Shown here: positions 24,687 to 34,317 of the stretch, piece after piece
Layout: each line of letters starts with the position of its first letter
How positions within the stretch are numbered: position 1 is the stretch's first letter
Source: Patescibacteria group bacterium
Lineage (GTDB): Bacteria; Patescibacteriota; UBA1384; GWA2-35-9; JBASTP01
Assembly (NCBI GenBank): GCA_049274945.1
Contig: JBASTP010000009.1
Span: forward strand, 4,441-68,440
Length of the DNA: 64,000 nt
Direction: 5' to 3'
Notes under the pieces: model-generated
The model's input: only the letters and a program-made list of their open reading frames with translations
Told to the model about the DNA's origin: nothing
Database searches by the model: none
Made by a program: the position numbers and the translations under genes

Positions 24687-26311
24687 TGACATCGCAAGAT
24701 ATTCGTGACAAATTTGTAGCGTTTTTCAAGGAGAAAGGACACACCGAACTACCTGCTTCTTCGCTCGTACCTACCGATCCATCGGTGCTGTTTACCACTG
24801 CCGGGATGCAGCAATTTAAGGAGTGGTTTGTTAAACCCGAACTCGCCAAGCATAAACGGGTGGTGACGATTCAACCGTGCCTGCGCACCTCGGATATCGA
24901 AGCAGTGGGCGACGAGACTCACCTAACTTATTTTGAAATGCTCGGCAATTTTTCGTTTGGTGTTTACGGTAAAAAAGAAGCCATCGAATATGCGCTCGAA
25001 TGGTTCAGAAAAGATTTCGGAGTTGAGGAATCAATGCTCACTTTTTCTTACTTCGGCGGCGAGGGGGTATTGGAGGAAGATAGCGAATCACGAGCAATAC
25101 TGTTTGACCGGCTCGACCCCAAGTCGATAGAAAAAAAGGGAAGAAGCGACAATTTTTGGGGTCCGACCGGGGATACTGGGCCATGTGGGCCGACCGTAGA
25201 GTTCTATTACAAAGGCATCGAAATTTGGAATCTGGTATTTAATGAATATTTTTTCGACGGGAACAATTATAAAAAACTGGAAAAACTGGGCATCGATACC
25301 GGTGCCGGATTGGAGAGAATTGCAGCGACGTTAAACGGCTTCGAAAGTGTTTTCGAAACCGATGAGCTAAAAGCCCTCTTGGATATACTCCCCGAGGGCG
25401 ACCTGCGCTCGCGGCGGATTATTGTTGACCACGTCCGGGCGATCAACGGTTTGATAGGAGACGGGGTTATACCATCGAACAAAGCCCAGGGCGCGGTGCT
25501 GCGCCGGCTCATTCGCCGCGCGTTTACCCACGGCCGGCTGATTAGCGCGGACGATGATTTAGTAGCACAGTTGGTTAGTAGCACTGTAGCACGGATAGTG
25601 AAAACCGAGGTTGAAAAATTTTCCCAAACTCTGAAACAATCTATGAAAATCTATTCTCGAATTCTCGAGAAATCAAGAAAAGAAATTTCTGGTGAAGATG
25701 CTTTCCTACTCAAGGAAAGTTATGGCTTACCTGTCGAGTTAACGCAGGAATTGGCTCGCAAAGATGGTTATTCTGTTGACATGGCTGGTTTTCAACTTTA
25801 TGAATTAAAACATGTCGAGGCATCTGCCATGAGCTCTCCTGTCAAATTCAAAGGTGGGCTTGTTGAAAGAACCCCGGAAACAACTCGCTTGCACACAGCC
25901 CACCACTTATTACTCGCCGCGTTGCGAAAGGTGCTTGGCGAGCATGTAGTGCAGCGCGGGTCCAATATTACATCTGATCGTCTCCGAATCGATTTCTCAC
26001 ACCCCCGAGGCGTGAAGGAGGAAGAATTACGTAAAGTTGAAAAGTTGGTTAATCAATGGATTAAAGACGATCTTGAAGTTACGCGCGAAGAAATGTCGTT
26101 GCAAGAAGCGTTCAAAAAAGGCGCCCTGGGCGAATTCGGCGCGACCTATCCGGAAAAAGTGAGTGTGTATAGCATTGGTAATCCTCCAGTGTCGGTCGAA
26201 ATTTGCGGCGGGCCTCATGTGACAAAAACATCAGAAATCGGCAAGTTTAGAATAGTGAAAGAAGAATCATCGGGGTCTGGCATTAGACGGATAAGGGCAG
26301 TCCTTGACTAG
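24683..26311 (+). CDS. alaS: Alanine--tRNA ligase, compact form (catalytic + tRNA-recognition + editing domains, no C-Ala domain)
   Basis: FVAFFKEKGHTELPASSLVP...SVLFTTAGMQQFK...RVVTIQPCLRTSDIEAVGDETHLTYFEMLGNFSFG; editing-domain HTAHHLL...ICGGPHV; only 542 aa. Confidence 0.8.
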   Translation: MMTSQDIRDKFVAFFKEKGHTELPASSLVPTDPSVLFTTAGMQQFKEWFVKPELAKHKRVVTIQPCLRTSDIEAVGDETHLTYFEMLGNFSFGVYGKKEAIEYALEWFRKDFGVEESMLTFSYFGGEGVLEEDSESRAILFDRLDPKSIEKKGRSDNFWGPTGDTGPCGPTVEFYYKGIEIWNLVFNEYFFDGNNYKKLEKLGIDTGAGLERIAATLNGFESVFETDELKALLDILPEGDLRSRRIIVDHVRAINGLIGDGVIPSNKAQGAVLRRLIRRAFTHGRLISADDDLVAQLVSSTVARIVKTEVEKFSQTLKQSMKIYSRILEKSRKEISGEDAFLLKESYGLPVELTQELARKDGYSVDMAGFQLYELKHVEASAMSSPVKFKGGLVERTPETTRLHTAHHLLLAALRKVLGEHVVQRGSNITSDRLRIDFSHPRGVKEEELRKVEKLVNQWIKDDLEVTREEMSLQEAFKKGALGEFGATYPEKVSVYSIGNPPVSVEICGGPHVTKTSEIGKFRIVKEESSGSGIRRIRAVLD

Positions 26312-26359
26312 CGTGCTAGTGTGCTATAGTAAACTCATACGCAAGGAAAAGGAAGGGGA

Positions 26360-29300
26360 ATGCTACAACATGCTTGGGAACGGTTGAGGATGAGCGGCCG
26401 AGTGGCGCTCAGGTTGGCGTTGGTCGGTGGTTCGTTTTTATTGTTTACGACACTCCTGGGTATTACGATACCCACTAACGATGCAAGGCAGCTCGGCAAA
26501 GAATCAGCTGCGGAAGACGCCATCACCAGAGATCTCAATGAATTGAACGGCACGCAAACGCTGGTAGAAGGCCAACTGGTTATCAACAAGGAATCTGCCG
26601 CCCCAACGAGCGGCCAGGAAATTCGTAAGTCAATTACCCTTTCGTCCGGCAACACCGTTGATCTCAAAACAAATCAGGATGAGCGTTTCTCAATTATTGA
26701 AGCAAGGCCAGACATCACCACGTTCGCTGCGGCTGGCGGCGGTAGCAGCATCGTGACCTCAACTCCGCCCGAAGCGATACCGGAAAAAATTGATCCTGAG
26801 CTTGTGGCAGAGTTTGAGGCGGGCAGCAAGCAAGAGCCGGTGATTATTGAACTTAACAATATTGAGCCGCCGGAGTCCGGCGACAACTCCCAAGAAGGCA
26901 AGCAGAAAAAAGAAAAGCTCAAGCAGGCTGAGCAGAAACTAGGGAAGACGCTTGGTCGGAGTGGTGATGTCAAACAAGAGCTCGATTTGCAGATCGCGAG
27001 CGCCGTAGCGGCCACGGTTGACAAAAAGGGTCTCGCCAAGCTCACTGCCGATCCTTCGGTCAAGCGCATTGAGTTAGATCGCGAGGTCAAAGCAGTGCTC
27101 GATACCTCACTTGACGAGATCAAGGTTAAGGATGTGTGGCCTTCGTTTGATCGGAACAATCAAACGATGACTGGCGTGGGCAAGCGGGTTGCGATCATTG
27201 ACACCGGCGTTGACTACCGTCACGGCGATTTAGGAGGTTGCCTGGGTGCCAATTGCAAAGTGATCGGCGGGTATGATTTTGTCAACAATGACGCCGATCC
27301 TCTGGATGACCACGGCCACGGCACCCATGTGGCGGCCACCGCGGCTGGCAAGGGCACGTTGAATGGCGTTGCGCCAGATGCCAAGATCCTCGCCTACAAA
27401 GTACTGAACCAGTACGGTTCGGGATCATGGTCTAACGTGATTGCGGCAATCGGGCGAGCGACTGACCCAAACAATGATGGTAATACCGCCGACCACGCTG
27501 ACGTGGCGAATATGAGTTTGGGTGGTTCTGGTAATCCTGATGATGCGATCAGTCGGGCAGTTGATAACTCATCAGCCGTCGGGGTGGTTCATGCGATTGC
27601 CGCCGGCAATTCTGGCTCGAGCCCAAGCACGATCGGGACGCCCGGCACTGCTCGATCCGCCATCACAGTGGCTGCTTCCTGTAAGGCTGCTCAGGTCGGC
27701 GTTTACGGGTACTGTGCCACGCCGATCGCCAGCTTTAGTTCTCGCGGCCCGCTGGTCTGGAACGGCGAGGACATCCAAAAGCCGGACCTTGCCGCGCCCG
27801 GGGTTTACATTTGTGCCGCTTACATTGCCGCCGGCAGCTGTGCGAGCGGTTCTTACACCCGACTGTCCGGCACCTCGATGGCCACGCCTCACGTTGCCGG
27901 GGCCGCTGCCTTAGCTCGGCAGGCCTACCCGGACTATACGCCCGCCCAAATTAAGCAGCTTCTGAAAAGCACGGCGCGTTCGCTCGGCGGCAGCCTAACA
28001 TACAACGATCAAGGCGCTGGCTTGATTGATGTTAAAGCGGCGATTCCAGCCAATACTCAACTGACAGCGAGTCCATTGCGTTGGCAAGCGGTGAGCAACC
28101 CGAGTGTAAAACTTTCGACTTCGGAGCAAACGTTTTCGGTTACCCCAACGGTGCCGGAAATTTCCGCGCTTGCGGTAACCCACACGCTGTCCCAGCCCGG
28201 TATCACGCTGGCGTTTGACACCACCACCCTCCTCGTCTCGGGGCAAGGTAGCGCCACACTCAAGGCAACCGTAATCGTGGACAACGATCTTGTTAAATCC
28301 GGCAGCTACCAAGCCAATATCGTGCTCGCCGAATCCGGCACGACCAAAGGAATTATTCCGATCGACATAACGGTCAAGCCGACGATCACGTTTGGTTCAA
28401 CTGCCGAGATTAACTACACCGTTGATAATCCGAGCCTGACGACCTGGACTTCGCCGATCAAACCGCTGACCATCACCAATCTAAGAGCTGACATTGCCCT
28501 GAGTGTAACGGCTAGCGTGGTTGGTTTCCCTGGTAATGTTACCTTAAAGAGTAACCCATCGCCGATCCTAGTGGGAGCCGGCGCTCAAGCGAGCGTAGAC
28601 ACCTGGCTTGAAGTGGCTAACACCGGACTTGCCAATGGCACCTACCGCGGCAGCGTTAAGTTAGAATCCACTTCTGGTTCAACAATGGTGCCGGCCTCAT
28701 TCACCAAGTTCTATGTTCTGGAGATCAAGGACCCAACCAACTCGATCGTGGGCGGGACGCTCTGGATCCACGACCGCCAAGCCACTCAGTACTCGCGCTC
28801 CATGACCACAAACTCAACCACTCTCTACTTGAATGCCGCCGGCCCCTACGATATCGTGGCGTTCTATCCCCAAGTGTACGACACTGACGGTCGTCATATG
28901 TACACGGTGTTCAAAGAAGGGGTGGGCTTGGCTGCCACCGGCCAGGCGTCGGTCGCGATCAGCCGATCTGACGCCAAAAACGAAGTCAAGCTCGTGCCCA
29001 CTGATTCGGACGGCAACCGGGTTGCAAAGCTTTATGATATGAGCTACGGCATCGTCTATCTGTCCCGTCCAAGTTTGACTTCGTATGGGTCTTTGGCGGG
29101 CAGCGAATTTTCACCCGATGTCACCAAGCACTACTACTCGGATGTGAGCACGAACTACCAGGTTTTCCACCAGTTCATCAACCCGCCCTACACGCCGGCT
29201 GCCAAGGTGCACCTCTACTACGACGGTTTCAAGAGTTTGAGCGGCAACCAAACCACGGCCAACGCCGCCGCAGATTTCAAGAGTCTCCGTCACGAACTTT

Positions 29301-31315
29301 CCGTCAACCGAGCCGATGGTTCAATCGCGCCTCAACTGACAAGCTGCCTCATGTCAATATCCTGTATTGCGAACGGGTCGTATCCTGCCGCCTCACTGCC
29401 TTTGAGTCAAACCTTCTACTCGCTGACGCCGCCGACGCTCGCACCACCCAATGACACGAGGTACTATCTCAGATCAGATATCAATCGCACCGGTTGCGTG
29501 GCCGGCGAGACCTGCCATTCGGCCTTTATCACACCGTGGTTGGATATCATAAACCAAAAACGGCGGCTGTTTGACCCACTGCCCGCAATACAAGATGGCA
29601 CGATCTATAACGGCCTTGGACCGGTTTTTCCGGCAATCAAGTTTTTGAACGCCGCGAGCGGTATCAACCTCTACCCTTATTTTTACGGACCAAGGGCCGC
29701 GTTCTTGCGGCAGGACTACTCGGTCGGCGAGTACGACCCGATTAGCTACCAGATGGTCAACCAGCAGGGCTCGCTGATTTCCCAAGGAACCCTGCCGCGG
29801 CTGTCGCTCACAAGCGGCATTACTCCTTCCACTCCCTATGGCCCATTGCTCAACCTAGCTCCGAGCGGCGGCACTCTGGATTTCAAGATTGACTTGTTTG
29901 GCTACCGGGTTCGCAACCAAGCGATGAAAGCCAAGTTTTCGGCCAAGTTCAACCTTGCCTCAACCGATTCGAACCCGCCGGCGATCAAACGGCTCTACTT
30001 TTTTACGGGCGGCAAGCGCAGCGAACTCTACGAACCGGGATTGAATAACCGTCTCGAATTCGAGCTCGATCCGATCGGCGGCTCGATCACCCAGGCCAAG
30101 GTCTCTTACGCCACCGACGGCGTGAGCTTTACGCCACTGCCGGTGCAAGGCAGCTTTGGCAGCTACGCGGTTGATCTGCCAAACCTTCCGGCTGCGACCA
30201 AGCTGAGCTTGCAGATAGAAGGATCGGATGCGGCTGCGAACAGCTTGAGTTACACCTTCGAGTTGCCGGCCAACCTCGACCAGATCAAGCCGACCACTCG
30301 ATTCAGCAACCTCTTAGCCAACGCTTACTTATCCAAGATCGCCAGCATTATTGCCTCGGCAAGCGACGATCGCGGCATCGCCAAAGTTGAGCTCTACCGC
30401 TCGAGCGTGCTGATTGGTAGCAAGGCCGAGCCGCCCTTCGAGATTCCTTGGGACACTCGGGCGGTAACCGATGGCAGCTACACTTTGCAGCTCAAAGCGT
30501 ACGACGGCGCGGGCAACACTGCCACGGCCGACCTTGCTGTTACCGTTGACAACACCCCGCCGATCATCTACCAAATCAGCCAGCCGGGCGATACGTTAAC
30601 CAAGGGCGTGGCCGAGCTCGTTACCAGCTACTACGATCGGTTCGGGGTCACTAAGGTTGAGTATGACATTGACGGCGCCTACCACGGCCGAGCCACAGCC
30701 TTCCCCTGGATTGTCTATTGGGATACTCGCTCGCTTGCGAGCGGCTCGAGCCACTCGATTGTGTCTAAGGTCTACGACTATGCGGGCAATGTTTCGACCT
30801 CACCGGCTAAGCGAGTAACAGTGTATGATGCGCTACCGATCGTTTCGCCGCCGTCATCACCGGCCCCTGCTCCAGCTCCGCCGCCATCAGTCCCTTCGAG
30901 GAGTGCTCCGTCAGGAGAATCAAGACCGTCCCAACCATCGCCAAGCCAACCGGCGGCAGACGCACCAGCTCCGTCTCAACCCCAACAAGTTTCAGGCGGT
31001 CCGGCACCTGCTCCAGCACCGCCGCCAGCTCCGCCGCGTAAGCTCCGGCCGCTCAACAAAAAAGACCAGCGGCTTAAGTCCACGATCGAGCGTCAGCTCA
31101 AGAGCGCGGAAGGCCAAGTAAGCAAGTTCGAGGGACAACTTGGCGGTTTTCGCGCCAAGGAAGCCCAGCTTGCCGGCCAGCCGCAAACAGGCCGAGTCGC
31201 TCGTCAACTTCGTTCGGTGAGATCGAGTATCTCTCGGGCCGAACAAAGTTTAAACGCCGCCCGCGCCAAACGGTCTGAAGTCAGCTCTCGATTCGATAAG
31301 TTGATTTATTATTGA
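26360..31315 (+). CDS. Giant secreted subtilisin-like serine protease (peptidase S8) with long beta-rich extension, Pro-rich linker and C-terminal coiled-coil tail
   Basis: Catalytic triad blocks VAIIDTGVDYRH (Asp), DDHGHGTHVAATAAG (His), LSGTSMATPHVAGAAALARQ (Ser); N-terminal TM/signal; PPSSPAPAPAPPPSVPS...PAPAPAPPPAPP linker; 1651 aa. Confidence 0.85.
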   Translation: MLQHAWERLRMSGRVALRLALVGGSFLLFTTLLGITIPTNDARQLGKESAAEDAITRDLNELNGTQTLVEGQLVINKESAAPTSGQEIRKSITLSSGNTVDLKTNQDERFSIIEARPDITTFAAAGGGSSIVTSTPPEAIPEKIDPELVAEFEAGSKQEPVIIELNNIEPPESGDNSQEGKQKKEKLKQAEQKLGKTLGRSGDVKQELDLQIASAVAATVDKKGLAKLTADPSVKRIELDREVKAVLDTSLDEIKVKDVWPSFDRNNQTMTGVGKRVAIIDTGVDYRHGDLGGCLGANCKVIGGYDFVNNDADPLDDHGHGTHVAATAAGKGTLNGVAPDAKILAYKVLNQYGSGSWSNVIAAIGRATDPNNDGNTADHADVANMSLGGSGNPDDAISRAVDNSSAVGVVHAIAAGNSGSSPSTIGTPGTARSAITVAASCKAAQVGVYGYCATPIASFSSRGPLVWNGEDIQKPDLAAPGVYICAAYIAAGSCASGSYTRLSGTSMATPHVAGAAALARQAYPDYTPAQIKQLLKSTARSLGGSLTYNDQGAGLIDVKAAIPANTQLTASPLRWQAVSNPSVKLSTSEQTFSVTPTVPEISALAVTHTLSQPGITLAFDTTTLLVSGQGSATLKATVIVDNDLVKSGSYQANIVLAESGTTKGIIPIDITVKPTITFGSTAEINYTVDNPSLTTWTSPIKPLTITNLRADIALSVTASVVGFPGNVTLKSNPSPILVGAGAQASVDTWLEVANTGLANGTYRGSVKLESTSGSTMVPASFTKFYVLEIKDPTNSIVGGTLWIHDRQATQYSRSMTTNSTTLYLNAAGPYDIVAFYPQVYDTDGRHMYTVFKEGVGLAATGQASVAISRSDAKNEVKLVPTDSDGNRVAKLYDMSYGIVYLSRPSLTSYGSLAGSEFSPDVTKHYYSDVSTNYQVFHQFINPPYTPAAKVHLYYDGFKSLSGNQTTANAAADFKSLRHELSVNRADGSIAPQLTSCLMSISCIANGSYPAASLPLSQTFYSLTPPTLAPPNDTRYYLRSDINRTGCVAGETCHSAFITPWLDIINQKRRLFDPLPAIQDGTIYNGLGPVFPAIKFLNAASGINLYPYFYGPRAAFLRQDYSVGEYDPISYQMVNQQGSLISQGTLPRLSLTSGITPSTPYGPLLNLAPSGGTLDFKIDLFGYRVRNQAMKAKFSAKFNLASTDSNPPAIKRLYFFTGGKRSELYEPGLNNRLEFELDPIGGSITQAKVSYATDGVSFTPLPVQGSFGSYAVDLPNLPAATKLSLQIEGSDAAANSLSYTFELPANLDQIKPTTRFSNLLANAYLSKIASIIASASDDRGIAKVELYRSSVLIGSKAEPPFEIPWDTRAVTDGSYTLQLKAYDGAGNTATADLAVTVDNTPPIIYQISQPGDTLTKGVAELVTSYYDRFGVTKVEYDIDGAYHGRATAFPWIVYWDTRSLASGSSHSIVSKVYDYAGNVSTSPAKRVTVYDALPIVSPPSSPAPAPAPPPSVPSRSAPSGESRPSQPSPSQPAADAPAPSQPQQVSGGPAPAPAPPPAPPRKLRPLNKKDQRLKSTIERQLKSAEGQVSKFEGQLGGFRAKEAQLAGQPQTGRVARQLRSVRSSISRAEQSLNAARAKRSEVSSRFDKLIYY

Positions 31316-31376
31316 GCGTGACAAGCGAAGATTCTCCGTTTACAATTGACGAGTAACTTTTTTTTGGCAGTCCGAT

Positions 31377-33017
31377 ATGGATCAAGAATACAAATACGAC
31401 TATTTGATTTTAGGAACGGGCATGTCGGCGCTCACCGCCGGCGCGCTGCTGGCGAACGCCGGTTATAAAGTGTGCATGCTCGAAGCCCACGACATTCCCG
31501 GCGGTTACGCCCAATCGTTCAAATGGGGCGATTTTTACTTTTGCGGCCAGGTGCACTACATTTGGGGGTGCGGCCCGGGCGGCAAAATCAACACGTTTCT
31601 TAAAAAGCTCGGCCTGGAAAACGATATCACCTTTGAGCTCTACGACATCAATGGTTACGATCGGGTGGGTTTGCCGGATGGCAAGATTGTTTCCATCCCC
31701 AACGGTTTTGACGAACTGGCCGAAAATATTGAAAAAGCCTACCCCGGCCAAAAGGCCAACGTCCAAAAGTTTACCAAAACTTTGCTCGATATTCGCGCGG
31801 AACTGCGCCGGATTCCCGACCGTAAAATTGCCTGGTGGGAATATGTAACCAAAATCTGGGGGTTCCCCAATCTCATAAAATACCGCAACAGTACGCTCCA
31901 AGATATCTTTGACGAATGTAAGCTAAGTCCGGAGGCCCAGGCCGTCCTGGCAGGCAACGCCGGCGATTTTATGCTGCCTCCCAAAGAGCTTTCGATTTTT
32001 CCCTACGCGGCGCTGTTTTGCGGCTACAATGGCGGCGCCTACTACCCAACTAAACATTATAAATACATGATCGATCGGATCGCCCAATCGATCACCGGGC
32101 ACCGCGGCTGCCACATTTTCTACGAAACGCTCGTGACGAAAATCAATGTTGAGGGCGATCGGGTAACGAGCGTCGAAACGCAAGATGGCCGAACCTTTAC
32201 CGCGCGAACCATTATTTGCAACATCGATCCCAAAGCCGCCGCCAAGATGATTGGATATGATAAACTCCCAGCCCGTTACACGCGCAAACTCAACTATACC
32301 TACTCGGGTTCTTCACTTATGGTGTACCTTGCGCTCAAGGATATCGATCTCGTGAAATCCGGTTTGGGCCGGTGGAACTTGTGGCACCTTGGCCAGTGGG
32401 ATGTTAATAAAATCTGGGATGATCAGAAAAAGGGCGACTTTAGCCACCCGTGGTTTTTTATGTCAACACCTACCTTGCATTCCAAAGCCCCCGGCACCGC
32501 GCCTGCCGGACATGAGATTGTTGAGATTGCCACCTATACTGAGCACGTAGACTGGAAGGCGCTCCACGATCAAGATTACAAGGCCTACGAAGCCAAAAAA
32601 AATGCCTTGGTTGAAAAGCTCCTTGATATTATTGAAGCACGCTATATCCCTAATATCCGCAAACACATCGTGGTTAAGCTTCCCGGCAGTCCTACCTCCA
32701 ACGAAGAGTGGGCGTGGGCGCCCATGGGCAACGCCTATGGGCAAACCATGACGCCCAAAGAAATCGGCATCCGCCGTTTTCCCATGGATACGCCGTTTAC
32801 CAACTTCTACTTTTGCAATGCCACGGCCGGCTATGCCAGCATCTACGCCACGGTCGGTAATGGCATCAGCCTCTATGCCAAACTGACCGGCGATGATTTT
32901 TACCACCTCTCCGATGGTCCGACCGACGAGGAGTTTGCTGCTCAAGCACGAGCAATGAGTTCGGCGGCCCGTTTACCAGATCGCGCCGCTCCCTCGGTCC
33001 AAGGAGCGTTCAAGTAG
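31377..33017 (+). CDS. FAD-dependent oxidoreductase, phytoene-desaturase/amine-oxidase family (CrtI-like)
   Basis: YDYLILGTGMSALTAGALLANAGYKVCMLEAHDIPGGYA dinucleotide-binding N-terminus; 546 aa. Confidence 0.75.
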   Translation: MDQEYKYDYLILGTGMSALTAGALLANAGYKVCMLEAHDIPGGYAQSFKWGDFYFCGQVHYIWGCGPGGKINTFLKKLGLENDITFELYDINGYDRVGLPDGKIVSIPNGFDELAENIEKAYPGQKANVQKFTKTLLDIRAELRRIPDRKIAWWEYVTKIWGFPNLIKYRNSTLQDIFDECKLSPEAQAVLAGNAGDFMLPPKELSIFPYAALFCGYNGGAYYPTKHYKYMIDRIAQSITGHRGCHIFYETLVTKINVEGDRVTSVETQDGRTFTARTIICNIDPKAAAKMIGYDKLPARYTRKLNYTYSGSSLMVYLALKDIDLVKSGLGRWNLWHLGQWDVNKIWDDQKKGDFSHPWFFMSTPTLHSKAPGTAPAGHEIVEIATYTEHVDWKALHDQDYKAYEAKKNALVEKLLDIIEARYIPNIRKHIVVKLPGSPTSNEEWAWAPMGNAYGQTMTPKEIGIRRFPMDTPFTNFYFCNATAGYASIYATVGNGISLYAKLTGDDFYHLSDGPTDEEFAAQARAMSSAARLPDRAAPSVQGAFK

Positions 33018-34276
33018 TCCCCGGCGAAGTAGATCCCTCCCTCGCCTTGGTGGTGGCGGGTAAAATTACTGACCACGGAAACAGTGCCATGTTCGAATGT
33101 TGGCATAGCGGCCGGCCAGCGAACTAGATCGTGAAAGAAGACTTCTTTTGATCGCTCGCGAGCTTCCGGACAAACTGTGAATAACGCTCGTCGTACAATC
33201 CGATTAATCTCCTGATCACTTTTCTTAAGGAGTTGCTGGGCCGCTTCGTCGTGGAGATAAACATTAAGGAGAGTGTGATTGTCTCGCACTAACTCTTGGC
33301 CTTTTCGGCCCTCAAAAATACAGCAGCTGATGATTTGGTTTTCCACAAACGGGACATAGATGCACTGGGTGGTGTCGGAGAATAGATCGAGCGGGACGCG
33401 GTATGACAGCACAATGCTAGCGGCGTACTTACTTGCTTTAAGCATGGTTTTTTGGGCAGCGGTTGGGTTTGAGAGTAGTCTTAGCGCCGCCGGCGCCGGG
33501 CACGCCAACACCACCGCCGAAAAGTGCTCGTCTTTTCCATCTATTCGGATTCGACACTCGTTTTTGATTGAACTAACGCCCTCGATTTTAGCTCGATATC
33601 GGACGGTAAGTTTTCTGGCTAATGCTTTGGGAATCGCTGACATCCCGCCCCTCGGATGCCGGGCAGTGAAGTTGCCTTTTGTTTTCATCATGGTAAGCAT
33701 ACCAAAGACAACCGCGGTGCTCATCGCAGCGGACCGGTAGAAATGGAGGGCGGCGGTAAGGGGATCAATGAGATAATCAACCACCTCATCGCCCATCTCT
33801 CGCCGGAGGTAGCTGCCCGCCGGCTCAAAATCCAAGGTCGGCCGGATCGTTGAGAGATCAAAAAAATTGCCCGGGCCCGATCGAAATAGGCTTTTGAGCA
33901 GCCATTTCACAAGACGGAGCCGAGCAGGCAACGAAATAACATTCAGCCGAAAAACACCCAAGGGGCCGCGCGCGCCGTAGCGGTAGGTTTTGCCGCTACG
34001 GATTACCCGATGGCGGCTGCCCGATATCATCGGAGTTAATGCAACACCGAACTCCGCCGCATAGGATTTCAGCTGATGGTAATCCTCGCTCAAAAAGGTC
34101 GCCCCTGGATTGAACTGGAAGCCGTTTTTGAAGCGCGTTGCCATACGACCGCCAGGGACTCCGGTTTTTTCATAAACCACCACGGTAAAACCAGCATTTT
34201 TTAGCTCATAAGCCGCGGTAAGCCCGGCAATGCCTGCGCCAATTACCGCTACTCGAGTTTCCGCGTGTTGCTTCAT
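32942..34276 (-). CDS. FAD-dependent oxidoreductase, amine-oxidase/protoporphyrinogen-oxidase-like
   Basis: RVAVIGAGIAGLTAAYELKNAGFTVVVYEKTGVPGGRMAT; 3' end overlaps the preceding gene by ~75 nt. Confidence 0.75.
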   Translation of the reverse strand: MKQHAETRVAVIGAGIAGLTAAYELKNAGFTVVVYEKTGVPGGRMATRFKNGFQFNPGATFLSEDYHQLKSYAAEFGVALTPMISGSRHRVIRSGKTYRYGARGPLGVFRLNVISLPARLRLVKWLLKSLFRSGPGNFFDLSTIRPTLDFEPAGSYLRREMGDEVVDYLIDPLTAALHFYRSAAMSTAVVFGMLTMMKTKGNFTARHPRGGMSAIPKALARKLTVRYRAKIEGVSSIKNECRIRIDGKDEHFSAVVLACPAPAALRLLSNPTAAQKTMLKASKYAASIVLSYRVPLDLFSDTTQCIYVPFVENQIISCCIFEGRKGQELVRDNHTLLNVYLHDEAAQQLLKKSDQEINRIVRRALFTVCPEARERSKEVFFHDLVRWPAAMPTFEHGTVSVVSNFTRHHQGEGGIYFAGDYLNAPWTEGAARSGKRAAELIARA

Positions 34277-34317
34277 CTTTGCAGTGTACCGAAAAGTCCG
34301 TATACTTTACTAGACGT

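Noticed and set aside
26674-30574. Numerous antisense and off-frame ORFs inside the S8 protease gene (e.g. 26674..27159, 27572..27892, 27995..28312)
   Set aside because: Shadow ORFs typical of GC-rich coding sequence; no independent signals
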